A stretch of DNA of 63,190 nucleotides, the filler included, from Octopus bimaculoides (lineage: Eukaryota): the NCBI RefSeq assembly GCF_001194135.2. It is 3 parts of 3 records of this genome, joined end to end, with 100 filler letters (N's around TTAATTAATTAA, not from the genome) between each part and the next. Parts side by side here need not be neighbours in the genome. Positions count along the whole stretch, not along the records: positions 25,047 to 49,863 come from NC_068995.1; 2 more parts are not named here. The stretch is one strand, 5' to 3'. The position numbers and the translations under genes were made by a program. Under the pieces are notes generated by a model, which was not told where the DNA came from, made no database searches, and worked only from the letters and a program-made list of their open reading frames with translations. Below, piece after piece: positions 25,981 to 39,994 of this stretch; position 1 is the first letter of the stretch, and every line of letters begins with the position of its first letter.

Positions 25981-27571
25981 ACCGGGTGCACAAACTGCAG
26001 CAGTATCGAGAATAACGGAACAAAATCATTAAGTCTTTTGTACAAATTTATTATCTCAAAAAGCAGAAAGCAGCTAAATATCCCTCAAAGTAATGCCATC
26101 CTGAAAATGGATCTTGAAGAATAAACGAAAACACGTTGGTTAATTTTGCCATATATACCCAGTTTTTCTTTCCATGCTATATATATATATATATATATAT
26201 ATATNNNNNNNNNNATATATATATATATATATATATACAAACATACATACTTATATGCGTGTATATGCGTTTGATCTTCTACATCTAGGCTTAAATATTT
26301 AATGCATTGCTTTTGTATCGCACCCGTATATGTTCGCTAGATATATATATGATTGTTATCTTTTATATATTTTTGCTACTGCTTACGCCCTATTTAATGT
26401 ATATATATATATATATATATATATACATACATACATATACATACATACATATATATATGCATATGTGTGCCGTCTGTGTGCGTATGTATATCTCTGAGCT
26501 TTCTGAATGCATGCATACATGTTTACTCATTCAACTATACATGCATGTAGTGTTCATCCGCTTGTATAATGATTTTGTGTCTCTCCTTTTGAATATATAT
26601 TTTATATAGGAGCGGAGGCAACTTCCAGTGGAGCAGCACAAATCTATCGAATATTTGAATACTCCTCACATGGCGAAATGCCGTTGTGTACAAAATATAT
26701 ACAAACATTATTTCCCCGCAAAAAAAGAGAAAATGTAGATAAGCAAAAAAAAAAAAAAAAAAAAAACACGCGCACACACACACACATACAGCTGGCTAGC
26801 TATAAAGTGCCAAGTGGGCAAGATTATTATATAATATGTATGCCAATATTTGACTGATAAAAGCGAACGTTTCTGTGATCGATAAACATTTTTCCCTGAA
26901 ACTATGCTTAAACATTCCACCAGTCACTCAAGCGGAAACTCTTGCATGAAAGTCAGCCTCACCTGCATGCCAAACATTTCTAGTTTTGTACACGAAAATA
27001 ATGTTAAAACATCACGGTTTTATACACCCTCCAAAACATGAATACATATATAGAAGTAACAATATACAGCTCTATCTTACTGCTGTCAGTAATGCAATGA
27101 TTTCGTATGTTATAGTGTACCGCATCGCTATATACTACTGTTTCACCGAAAGGATGGCATATCTAAAAGCTGTTTAGAAACATAGTGTGCATTGCAGTGT
27201 TCTGTGTGGATATAACTAATGGCAAACTTTTCTTCTGGTTACATAGTCCCAAAGAAATATCGGTTTAAAAATCCTGTGCCGTTGTTGTACGTTTAAAGCT
27301 TGGCACATTTAAAGCTTAGCGACAATGTCTCGGAACACACTAAATTTAGTGGAACGCAAAGACTTGAAATTTACGTGTATACGGCGCAGTATAAATGGCG
27401 TTAAAGAATCCTTTAACGAATATAAACGATGTAAACGAAAGATGTTATCGAAACGTGGTTCATAAATCGTTAAAACCGGTGGACAGATAATCAGATTGTA
27501 GGTAAAATTGATCAATGAAAGTATATATATATCTCTTTATCTATCTGTCTATCTGTCTGTCTATCTATCTT

Positions 27572-27636
27572 TTTTTTTTCAGCGATCCCTTTTGATCGAA
27601 ATCCACCCCCTTTTTTTCTGCGATCCCTTTTGATCG
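27572..27636. repeat. 38-bp minisatellite running into an N gap
   Basis: Unit tttttttc(a/t)gcgatcccttttgatcgaaatccaccccc, about 1.7 copies visible. Confidence 0.7.
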
Positions 27637-29771
27637 NNNNNNNNNNNNNNNNNNNNNNNNNNNNNNNNNNNNNNNNNNNNNNNNNNNNNNNNNNNNNNNN
27701 NNNNNNNNNNNNNNNNNNNNNNNNNNNNNNNNNNNNNNNNNNNNNNNNNNNNNNNNNNNNNNNNNNNNNNNNNNNNNNNNNNNNNNNNNNNNNNNNNNNN
27801 NNNNNNNNNNNNNNNNNNNNNNNNNNNNNNNNNNNNNNNNNNNNNNNNNNNNNNNNNNNNNNNNNNNNNNNNNNNNNNNNNNNNNNNNNNNNNNNNNNNN
27901 NNNNNNNNNNNNNNNNNNNNNNNNNNNNNNNNNNNNNNNNNNNNNNNNNNNNNNNNNNTATATATATATATATATATATGTATGTGTGATGTGCGTATGT
28001 GTGTCGGTGTGTACATACATGGTTTTGTAATGATGTTACACATAACGTACATGATATTATTCCGTTTATTCCGTGTGTTAGTGCATAGGTTCGCCTTGTC
28101 TTCACATTTCCACTTGTCTGCATTCATAAACAGCATTTAATTTGTACAAGATGGCTGACAAGGAGGAAATAACAACAGTTTTACATGTTCACACACGCCA
28201 TTTCACACGGTAGAAAGCACGTAGGCACCACCTACGCTTAAAAATACGTTTCATTTACATGGGGGAGATATAGGAGGCTGGAGATGGTTAGAAATGAATT
28301 TGTAAATACTTATTTTGTAAACGAGATATACTTTTGCAGAGTAGATTCGTTGTGTGTGCAGCTAGTAGCAATAATGGCGAAAAATATTGATGTGAAGAGG
28401 GAGATAGTGTTAAACTCATTCAATCAAACATTTTCAGGAAACATTTTCGTGAAGCATTTTCACGACACATATTCGTCAAACATTTTCCTCAATCAAGAAC
28501 GAGCAGTCAATACCATTGCAGCGATGAAGAATTAATCTTTATTTTGGAGAAGTCAGACACATATGACAGTGGGGTTTTCATCCGTGTGTTCATGGGGGAC
28601 CTCAAGTAAGTTGTGTAATAACTGCTTGATGATACTATGATCAAAAGTCGTACCTCAAGACAAGCATCAAATTAACACGTGTGTGAGTGCGAGATCTCTG
28701 TGTATGTGTATGTGTGTGTGCATGTACGCGCACGCGTGTGTTTGTGTGTGTGTGAGTCTGTGTCTGTGTGTGTGGTGATTACCTTTTCCTTGCAGAAGGC
28801 CATCTCTTCAATTAGTAAATGCCGGCATATACATACGAGATGATTCGAAGCCCTGTGTCAGTCTTCCGCATTCTAGCAAAAGGCATAGTCTGACCTAGGG
28901 GTATATATATACTTCAACACACCTGCCCAAGATACTGCTTAGTGCGACTAAACAAGAACTGCCTGGATGCAAACGGATCCTTATCACAGGACGATTCCTG
29001 CAACTATGAAATTTATGGAATATATGATGGGATATATAAAATAATATATTTCATATACATGATATATGAAATAGAATATCTATACTGTTTTATATGAAGT
29101 ATCGCTTTTTCATATCGACTGCAGGAAGAAGTTTAGTGAAATACGGTACGCTCAATTAGTTCAATCAGACGTATTCTTGAAAATTTTAGTAAAAATTAAC
29201 GGCTTTGAACGCAGAAAGAAATTAATGCGTATCACTATTGTTACAGACAATCTACTATGTACATGTATAAATATGTAGGTATATATACATATANNNNNNN
29301 NNNNNNNNNNNNNNNNNNNNNNNNNNNNNNNNNNNNNNNNNNNNNNNNNNNNNNNNNNNNNNNNNNNNNNNNNNNNNNNNNNNNNNNNNNNNNNNNNNNN
29401 NNNNNNNNNNNNNNNTATATATATACATATATGTATATGTATATATACATATGTATACAAACATAGCTGTACTTATATATCTATCTATAAATACACACAT
29501 ATATATATACACATATATACATATACTTACACACACATATACATACACATATATGTACGTTGCAATATTAACTCCCAATGAATAGCTGCTACTACTTCCA
29601 TTAATTTAGCTTATATCTTAATCCCTTTTAATCTTTATCAGATAATGTTTAGCTAAATTGTAAGCTCCGGGGTAACTTTCTTCTATATGGTATTATTTGA
29701 TTGCGATTTCAATGTTTCGATATCACCATGCTCATTATTATTATTGCCATTATTATCATCATCATTATTAC

Positions 29772-29827
<56 letters not shown>

Positions 29828-30294
29828 ATAATAATAATAATAATAGGGAATAGAAATACATATTGAATGAATACCAACAGCCTTAAGCAAGCTTACATGC
29901 ATTAATACTTTTGTTTTCGTTCTCCACTTGAATTTCATATCAGTCGAATGAAATTGTACTGGGTGTGAGTAAAATTAAGTTTGATTGAAATTTAATTATT
30001 CAATTTAGATTAAATTCAAATTTGAAAGATTAATTCAATCCTTTTCATAACCATAAACGCTTGTATATTGTATCGGCACTCGATGCTTTTTTTATTAAGA
30101 CATTTCGTTGAAAAACTTTTTGGACGCAACTTTGAAGGCATTTAAACTTAGTCATCACCTATGAAGGGTTCTCTCTATTTATAGTTTCAGGCATGCATAC
30201 GAGCATGCATACATTTGAGTCCCAACTGCTTGCGAATGACGATAGCTCGTTTCTCCTATTGCAGATCGATATTTAGAACTGAAACCAAGACGGT

Positions 30295-30500
30295 GAGTAA
30301 GCAGAATCGTTAGCATTCTATAGAAGATGCTTATCGCCATTACATCTGCCTTTTCGTTCTGGGTTCGAATTTCGCTGACGTCGACTTTTCCTTTCATACT
30401 TTCGGACTTGATAAACTAAGTACCAGTTGAATACTAGGGTTGATTTAATCGATTAGCCCCTTTCTCCAGAATGTTACTCCTCTTGTACCCATAGTACTAA
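30295..30500 (+). mobile_element. SINE family A
   Basis: gcagaatcgttagca...gttcgaatttcgctgacgtcgacttttcctttcat...gataaactaagtaccagttgaatactagggttgat. Confidence 0.8.
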
Positions 30501-30573
30501 GGATATTTAGAGTTCACATACACATGTTTAAACACATAAATATAGGCACACAGGAACACGAACAAACACTTAA

Positions 30574-30642
<69 letters not shown>

Positions 30643-31018
30643 ACACACACACACAAACAATCACACACATACGCAGGCATGCAAGCACAATAGATGAACA
30701 AAAGTTTTAGTTATGTGATAGCAGAATTTAGTATTTTGACACAAATAGAAAAAAAAAATGCGTCTTCTTGGGTATTCCGAACTAACCTGAATACTTGATA
30801 GACTTTCTTTCTCTCCCCCTCTCTTTCTCTCTTTCTCTTATATATGTTTTATAGAATACACGACTGTGTTCTAGGTTTAGCTTATATATCATGGATTGTG
30901 TTAGATTTTTCGCATGAGTACGATGGTAAAATTCTTAAAATCAGGGCATTATATTTTAAGAACGGGAGATCTGCCTTCCTGTCCTACAAATATGTATGTA
31001 TGTATGTATGTATGTATG

Positions 31019-31175
31019 AAGGTGCATGGCCCAGTGGTTAGAGCGTCGAGCTTACAATCATAAGGTTGTGAGTTCGAATCCCGGACAGGTCTACGTGTTG
31101 TGTTCTTGATCAGGAAATTTTATTTCACGTTGCTCCAGTTCACTCAGCTGTAGAAATGAGTTGCAATGTCACTGG
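31019..31175 (+). mobile_element. SINE related to family C (tRNA head + CORE-like centre)
   Basis: A box TGGCCCAGTGG, B box GTTCGAATCCC, tttcacgttgctccagttcactcagctgtagaaatgag. Confidence 0.8.
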
Positions 31176-31370
31176 TGGCATGGAGGGGGTAGGCTGGTAT
31201 GCATGGGCAACTGCTGCTCTGAGTAAACCTCTAATGGAATTTAGAATGTCTGTAAAAAAAATGAACATTGGTCCTGTGAATTATCTTAGTGTTATCAATC
31301 ACTTATACATTCACACATTGTTTCATTCTGCTTCTGAGTATATACAGACTTGTAAATGCAGCAAACACAC

Positions 31371-31434
<64 letters not shown>

Positions 31435-31604
31435 NNNNNNNNNNNNNNNNNNNNNNNNNNNNNNNNNNNNNNNNNNNNNNNNNNNNNNNNNNNNNNNNNN
31501 NNNNNNNNNNNNNNNNNNNNNNATATATTCATACATATATATATAGCTAGTTATATATAGATACCGATATATAATTGTGTGTGTGTATATATATAAACCC
31601 CGTA

Positions 31605-31636
<32 letters not shown>

Positions 31637-33206
31637 ATATATATATTAACCCTGTAGTATATATATATATATATACATATACACCTATATACATTATATA
31701 CATACTTGTATGTATACGCACAGGTGTGTGCTCGAGCGCGCGTACTCCTATGTTTCTGTGAGTGCATGTCAGTCTGCCTTCGTCGGGCGTCTCTGTGTTT
31801 ATGTTTGTATGAGATTGTGTTATGCCGGGCTTTAGAATGAATATCAGATCAGATTAACAAGATGGGCAAGATCTCGTGTTAATGACAGCTTTACATGCAA
31901 AGCGTTGGAAGACTTTTACCGTCTTCCGCGATATGCTATCAAATCACTGACAGACATGCAATAATATCGGATCATCAGCCAGAACAACAACAGCAATAAC
32001 AACAACAATAACAACAACAACAGCAGCAGCAGCTACAACTACAACTACAGCAACGTAAAGAAGAGTAAACCGTCATAATATCACAGTCGAAAATGGCGGC
32101 TGAAATTACAATGTGGCCTATATTTGCCTCAAAGTGATAACGATACGATGTATAACAAATGAATAATATTTTTTTTCTTTTTTGTTTTCAGCAAGTTTTC
32201 AAAACAGAAAAATCAATTTATTGCTTAGATCATTGTTAGAATTGCTGTTTAGACTCAGGTCAGTCCTGCTCAATAACTTCTCTGACCAAAGTGCTAGAGT
32301 CTTGTGACTGTTCGGAGTTATTTAAAATTTTTATGCTTTGTTTTCTAGGTGCCCCCAGCATGGGCACAGCCTTAAGGCTGTAAAAATGTAAAAGAATAAA
32401 AGAATATTGTATATTTAGAACTACATTATCCTGTAAACTCTTCGCGTTTGATTATACTCTGGTGTCTTCAGACGCAATAAATATTTTGGATAACACGCAG
32501 AACTTCCTATGTTGGGTTACACATGCGAGATAAATTGCTGGCGGAGTTGACTGTGCTCTTTGTTCAGCAACGGAGGGTAATCAAAATTTCGACCACAAAA
32601 TAATTTAAGATTTTAACCCTAAAGCTGATTACTGAATACTGATTTGGTTATGATGTCGTATCTCTCATAGCAACAGCAATGATGAATATAAAAATAATAA
32701 CAACACTAGTAATTAGACTTTTATTCAGTTGCAGTGACTCATGAAAGATTTTATTCCATCACTGCACAGACTCCACAGACATCCTTTTGTATTCATCTTT
32801 AGTCAATCTTAGTTTTCTGCCTTTTGAATTTCTCGTAATAACGACCATGTCCGGCCCCTACGCGAAAGAAATTTGGCACTAAAGAATTCCTTGCCTGTCT
32901 ATGTATTCCTAGCAAACGCCTGCTTGCAGCACCCACCGTGGGGAACTTTTAGCCTTTACTTCTATCAGTCATCAGACTGCAGCCATGATGAGGCACCACA
33001 TTCAAGAATTATTAGATGAATGAATCGACCCCAGGACTTTTTTTTTTTTAAACCTGGTACTTATTATATCGGTTTCTTTTGCCGAACCACTAACTTGCAG
33101 GAAAGTAAACACATCATCGGTTGTCCTGCGATGGCGGAGAACAAATACAGACACACAGACACATATCCCCCACTCCCAGACGCACATACTACGCTATACG
33201 ATAGTT

Positions 33207-33460
33207 GAGGCGCGTGGCCTAGTGGTTAGGGTGTCAGGACCATGATCGTAAGATTGTGGTTTCGATTCCTGGACCGGGCGACGCGTTGTGTTCTTTGAGT
33301 AAAACACTTCATTTCACGTTGCTCCACTCCGCTCAGCTGGCAAAAATGAGTAACGTTGCGATGGACTGGCGTCCCGTCCAGCCGGAGAACACTTACGCCA
33401 TAGAAACCGGGAAACCGGCCCATGATCCTGGCTAGGCTTTAAAAGGGCGCATTTATTTAT
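33207..33460 (+). mobile_element. SINE family C, full length
   Basis: A box TGGCCTAGTGG, B box GGTTTCGATTCC, 3' ggctaggctttaaaagggcgcat plus an A/T tail. Confidence 0.9.
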
Positions 33461-33466
33461 ATTTTT

Positions 33467-33582
33467 TATATACGATAGGCTTCTTTCAGTTTCCGTATAC
33501 CAAATCCAATCATAAGGCTATTGCTGGTCCGAGGCTATAATACGAGATACAAACTCAAGGTACCACGCTCGGGGACTGAATC
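33467..33582 (-). mobile_element. SINE family B, 5' fragment, tail-to-tail with the family C copy
   Basis: ggcttctttcagtttccgtataccaaatcc...ccgaggctata...caaggtaccacgc. Confidence 0.75.
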
Positions 33583-34991
33583 TGATGTTTACTTTATCGA
33601 TTAAATTCACAAACCTCGGATATAATAAACAGATTAGCTTCCGCCTGGGAAAACGAAAAATTAAAACTACATTTGTCTAAAACTACATGTAAAACATATT
33701 ACAATTAATGAAATAACAATAATATTCATACTAACATCCACATAAATGTTAAACGTGTCTGATTTAAAGACAAACAGGCGAGGAATTTAACAATTACAAG
33801 TTATGCAGTTATACGTAAAAATTTATAAAGCTCTACAAATATGTAAGATAAGGTTTAGACAAATTAAAGGCAGCTTAGTTGGTTGGATTAAGAAAACTAA
33901 AAGAGATAGCAACAATTTAATAAAATCTCATAGACTGTATTGTTAGAAAAGATAAGAAATGTCTATGTGTTTAATCATATTTCATATAACAATAGTATAA
34001 ACAAGAAGCAGTGTTGTTTAAGAAATCGCATTTAAAAAAACAGAATCGATCTATCTGACGTTCGTGAAATTAGGGACAACACTTCGAGTAAAATGGTATA
34101 TTTGGAATATATGTTGCAGAATATGTATGGATNNNNNNNNNNNNNNNNNNNNNNNNNNNNNNNNNNNNNNNNNNNNNNNNNNNNNNNNNNNNNNNNNNNN
34201 NNNNNNNNNNNNNNNNNNNNNNNNNNNNNNNNNNNNNNNNNNNNNNNNNNNNNNNNNNNNNNNNNNNNNNNNNNNNNNNNNNNNNNNNNNNNNNNNNNNN
34301 NNNNNNNNNNNNNNNNNNNNNNNNNNNNNNNNNNNNNNNNNNNNNNNNNNNNNNNNNNNNNNNNNNNNNNNNNNNNNNNNNNNNNNNNNNNNNNNNNNNN
34401 NNNNNNNNNNNNNNNNNNNNNNNNNNNNNNNNNNNNNNNNNNNNNNNNNNNNNNNNNNNNNNNNNNNNNNNNNNNNNNNNNNNNNNNNNNNNNNNNNNNN
34501 NNNNNNNNNNNNNNNNNNNNNNNNNNNNNNNNNNNNNNNNNNNNNNNNNNNNNNNNNNNNNNNNNNNNNNNNNNNNNNNNNNNNNNNNNNNNNNNNNNNN
34601 NNNNNNNNNNNNNNNNNNNNNNNNNNNNNNNNNNNNNNNNNNNNNNNNNNNNNNNNNNNNNNNNNNNNNNNNNNNNNNNNNNNNNNNNNNNNNNNNNNNN
34701 NNNNNNNNNNNNNNNNNNNNNNNNNNNNNNNNNNNNNNNNNNNNNNNNNNNNNNNNNNNNNNNNNNNNNNNNNNNNNNNNNNNNNNNNNNNNNNNNNNNN
34801 NNNNNNNNNNNNNNNNNNNNNNNNNNNNNNNNNNNNNNNNNNNNNNNNNNNNNNNNNNNNNNNNNNNNNNNNNNNNNNNNNNTTTATTGAGCGAAAACAT
34901 CTACAGCTCCACGAGGCTCCGACAGAGGGTGGTGGCGACCCCTGTTGTACTCTTTCGCCCCAACTTTCTCTCACGCTTTCTTCCTGTTTCT

Positions 34992-35112
34992 TGAGTAACG
35001 CTGCGATGGACTGGCGTCCCGTCCAACTGGAGGGAACACATACGCCATAGAAACCGGGAAACCGGGCCCATGAGCCTGGCTAGGCTTTAAAAGGGCGCAT
35101 AAATAAAATAAA
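34992..35112 (+). mobile_element. SINE family C, 3' half
   Basis: gagtaacgctgcgatggactggcgtcccgtcc...ggctaggctttaaaagggcgcataaataaaa, near-identical to 33350-33455. Confidence 0.9.
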
Positions 35113-35440
35113 AATATTAATTTATATACAAAACCATGCACTTTAAGAATATAAACATCAACAAGCTGGAATTCAATAGATTTGTATAAAATAAAAAAAA
35201 AACGTCTCTAAGTAGTAATTCGTGTAAAAGCTATTATATTTGGTAACAAGTATGAGAAGAAACTAAACGTCCGTGTTTAAACAAAAAGAGAAGAAACATT
35301 CTCATATACGCGTTAGTTTCAACATATTAAAAATGTATGCGTGTTGCCTACCAATTCTAATAGAAAGCAATTTGTAAAATGCGAAACAACGGCGTTGTTT
35401 CGCATTTAAAAATATATTTTGACTAATATTGTAACTGCGG

Positions 35441-35484
<44 letters not shown>

Positions 35485-35504
35485 CATCTATCTAATCTAT
35501 CCTC

Positions 35505-35735
35505 CTCCCTTTCCGCAACTTCACATAACTGGTAGATGTTCATATACGCCCTCGTAATTTAGTGGTTCAGCAATAGAAACCGATAGGGTACGTATAAGGC
35601 TTACAAAAAAAAAAAAAAAAAAAACGTAAGAATTAAGTACAGTTGTTGATTCGTTCGACTAAAATTATTCAAGACGGTTCACTAGCATGGCCGCAGTCTA
35701 ATAACTGAAACAAGTAAAAGATAGAAGATATAAAA
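35505..35735 (+). mobile_element. SINE family B, 3' half
   Basis: gtaatttagtggttcagcaatagaaaccgatag...ttcgactaaaattattcaagacgg...agcatggccgcagtctaataactgaaacaagtaaaaga. Confidence 0.8.
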
Positions 35736-35834
35736 ATCAAATATTCCAATATCGTAATTGGAGGAAAATTACTAGCACCAACGGACGATATAATATTCCT
35801 TTCGACAATAGGCACATAGACTGAAATTTCGGGA

Positions 35835-36010
35835 GAGGTGAGCATGAGCCGATTAGATTGACCCCAGTGTTCAACCGACACTTAATTTATCGACCCCAAA
35901 AACATAAAAGGCAAAGTCGACCTCGGCGGAATTTGAACTCAGAGCGTAGAGGTGGACGAAATGACGCTAAGTGCTTTACTCCATGTTGTAACGATTCTGA
36001 ATGCTTGTCA
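35835..36010 (-). mobile_element. SINE family A
   Basis: atttatcgacccc...aaaggcaaagtcgacctcggcggaatttgaactcagagcgt. Confidence 0.85.
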
Positions 36011-38159
36011 CCTTAATAGGCGATATAAATTTCCGAAAAATATGTAAGTAAAATGTGTATCTAAAAGAAATCTGTTCATTTATTACAGGGATCAGTTGGA
36101 ATTTTGAGAGAATAGTTTTGAAACAGAGAACTGATAAATAATATTTAAAGGAGATTATCAAAGTATGTAAAAATAATGATAATACGTGCAATATTTGTGG
36201 ATAGATCTAATAAGATGGGAGAGAATTGATGTAAGACATGCGATCACTGATCATATATATGTATAAAGACGTACGCAGAGACCAACATATAACAAGCAAA
36301 TGTTTAGATAACAATAGTCATTCCAAATTAAGTTAGGGAAAACAATACGTACGAGTGTGGACACACATACATACATACATACATACATACATACAAACAT
36401 ACATACGTACACACATAAACACACAGGCATACACACACATATTTATGTATATGTATATATATNNNNNNNNNNNNNNNNNNNNNNNNNNNNNNNNNNNNNN
36501 NNNNNNNNNNNNNNNNNNNNNNNNNNNNNNNNNNNNNNNNNNNNNNNNNNNNNNNNNNNNNNNNNNNNNNNNNNNNNNNNNNNNNNNNNNNNNNNNNNNN
36601 NNNNNNNNNNNNNNNNNNNNNNNNNNNNNNNNNNNNNNNNNNNNNNNNNNNNNNNNNNNNNNNNNNNNNNNNNNNNNNNNNNNNNNNNNNNNNNNNNNNN
36701 NNNNNNNNNNNNNNNNNNNNNNNNNNNNNNNNNNNNNNNNNNNNNNNNNNNNNNNNNNNNNNNNNNNNNNNNNNNNNNNNNNNNNNNNNNNNNNNNNNNN
36801 NNNNNNNNNNNNNNNNNNNNNNNNNNNNNNNNNNNNNNNNNNNNNNNNNNNNNAAAATAAATATATAAACATTATGTACCAAAATATATTTATCTATGAG
36901 TATATATATGTATATACACATGCAAATACATACCGTCGTGCACGCACGCACACAAGCACACACACACACGTGTATGCATGTGAGAAATATAACTCATAAT
37001 TTGCGTGCAAATTGGCTGTATGCTTTTCTAAAGTATACAATGAAATTGAATTAAAGCCTTGCTTATATATCTTAAAAGAATTATAGCTTTTGCAGCGTTG
37101 TATGTAGTTGCATTGCTTTGATAAAGTGTACGTGTGCAAACTGTTAATTTCTCATTGAGAACATTTCGCTATAATTTGAAACAGCGGAATTATTAAATAT
37201 AACAGAACATAAAATAAATAAAACATATGATAATGGAATGGAAAGGAACTTTATGCAAATGTAGACAATAGAGTGGAAGCTATATAATGAAAGGTTATGA
37301 GATATATTCAAAAATGTGTGAAAATAAAGTAGAGATAGAATAATTTTGTTGATTAGGTTGAGAAGGTGTATCACATGACATGCTGATACAAAGAGATTAA
37401 TGCTAATGATGTCATCTAATAATCCGGAATAATTATTGGATATCTGTCGGAATAATAGGTTAAATTAAAATTATTTTAAAACCAGTTTTAGGGGGAAAAA
37501 TACTAAGCTAAAATAAATTTAATACGGCTTAATAAATTGATAGTTAAATAGGAATTTGTGGGTAGCGAATGTTGTAATTAAAAGGGTATAATGACAAGAA
37601 GGACAAGTTATGAGTCTAAGAGCAAACAAATAAATAGGATAAAGGATAGAACTCTATTATAATCAAAGTTCTCGGTTAATTATTATTGCATAGATTTTCT
37701 ACTATATTATAACAAAGAAGTGAAGCAACTACCATAGTAAAAGCAAAGTGAGTTAGCAAGAATGCAGTCGGATGGGAACAATGAGCTTCATTTTTGAAAG
37801 GTAATAACTATAATAACGATAATACAAGGTGAAATGTACAATACAAAGAAAAGTTTACGAGAAATATTTTAATAAACTAGAAGAAAACGTGGATGTGTGT
37901 TCGTTAAATTATTATTTAAGAATGTAGCAAGTCTCAAGTATTTCATATTTGTAATTCTCTAATGATTTTATGCCAAGTAGAGACTAATTTGATTACTGTT
38001 TAATTAATTGTATGGTGGAATATAAATTTCAAGTAACACTGATATGACGTTTTATTATTAGTATAATGTCTTTGAATAAATCGTAACGTTTACGTTAAAA
38101 GTTTATTATTGTATATGACGAAATATACCACGATGGCAAGATATCGGGTTCTTTATTTA

Positions 38160-38210
38160 GATTTCTGAAGAGTTCTTGTGTTGATAATATACAACTTCGA
38201 ACGCGTAAGT
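38160..38210 (+). ncRNA. Hammerhead-ribozyme-like relic (minimal type I)
   Basis: CTGAAGA-G...GTTG(ATAATATA)CAAC..C-GAA-CGCGTA; palindromic ACGCGT stem III with a GTA triplet; one A of GAAA is missing. Confidence 0.45.
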
Positions 38211-38339
38211 GGTTAAACCTATATGTACTGCTGAAATGAGTTTGTGTTGATAAAGTACAAATAAAATTCTAATTTAGTTTTATAATTTCCTTCCTATGGT
38301 TAAATATTAATGTACATACAGTTATAGTCAGAAAAAAAT

Positions 38340-38487
38340 ATGATCGGCCCCAGTACACAACTGGTATGTAATTTATCGACCTCGAAAGAATGAAAGTCAA
38401 AGTCGACCTAGGCGGAATTTGAACTCAGAAAGTAAGAACAGACGAACTACCGCAAGGCATTTCGCCCGTCATGCTAACGTTTCTCTC
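38340..38487 (-). mobile_element. SINE family A
   Basis: aatttatcgacctcgaaagaatgaaagtcaaagtcgacctaggcggaatttgaactcagaa...gcatttcgcccgtcatgctaacg. Confidence 0.85.
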
Positions 38488-38746
38488 ACTGCATTCTTCT
38501 GAAAATAGACCTATGTGCCCGATTTATAAAGTTTCCCAAAACAATCTGCATTGTTAGAAAGTTTCCTTATTTCTCGTTTCATAATACTCCATAATATCCC
38601 ATAATACATCTGAACTGCAATGCTTCAAGCGAACTACAACGCTCTTTTGTCATACGCACAAACACACACGCGCATACATATATGTATATATGTATATGTG
38701 TGTATGTGTGTATGCACACATTTATATATATGTATATATATTTATG

Positions 38747-38812
<66 letters not shown>

Positions 38813-39724
38813 NNNNNNNNNNNNNNNNNNNNNNNNNNNNNNNNNNNNNNNNNNNNNNNNNNNNNNNNNNNNNNNNNNNNNNNNNNNNNNNNNNNNNNNN
38901 NNNNNNNNNNNNNNNNNNNNNNNNNNNNNNNNNNNNNNNNNNNNNNNNNNNNNNNNNNNNNNNNNNNNNNNNNNNNNNNNNNNNNNNNNNNNNNNNNNNN
39001 NNNNNNNNNNNNNNNNNNNNNNNNNNNNNNNNNNNNNNNNNNNNNNNNNNNNNNNNNNNNNNNNNNNNNNNNNNNNNNNNNNNNNNNNNNNNNNNNNNNN
39101 NNNNNNNNNNNNNNNNNNNNNNNNNNNNNNNNNNNNNNNNNNNNNNNNNNNNNNNNNNNNNNNNNNNNNNNNNNNNNNNNNNNNNNNNNNNNNNNNNNNN
39201 NNNNNNNNNNNNNNNNNNNNNNNNNNNNNNNNNNNNNNNNNNNNNNNNNNNNNNNNNNNNNNNNNNNNNNNNNNNNNNNNNNNNNNNNNNNNNNNNNNNN
39301 NNNNNNNNNNNNNNNNNNNNNNNNNNNNNNNNNNNNNNNNNNNNNNNNNNNNNNNNNNNNNNNNNNNNNNNNNNNNNNNNNNNNNNNNNNNNNNNNNNNN
39401 NNNNNNNNNNNNNNNNNNNNNNNNNNNNNNNNNNNNNNNNNNNNNNNNNNNNNNNNNNNNNNNNNNNNNNNNNNNNNNNNNNNNNNNNNNNNNNNNNNNN
39501 NNNNNNNNNNNNNNNNNNNNNNNNNNNNNNNNNNNNNNNNNNNNNNNNNNNNNNNNNNNNNNNTATATATATATATACACGCACACACACATAAATATTT
39601 CCTTCATGTGTTTATTTTTCTTCACACGTTAACAGATTCCTCGTAAATGTTCAGAAAAATATATTTGAGAAACACTTCCAATATATCATGGAAGACATAG
39701 TTGTTCACTCACACACATACACGT

Positions 39725-39793
<69 letters not shown>

Positions 39794-39956
39794 AACACAT
39801 ACACACACATACGGTATAACGGACAGGCACAGAACCCTCCACTTATACGTCCACATATACGCATAGAAACGGTCGCATATAAACGCCTACATGCGTATGA
39901 TATTTACACACACCTATGTTATACCCATGACATACACACACACACAACAAAGACAA

Positions 39957-39994
<38 letters not shown>

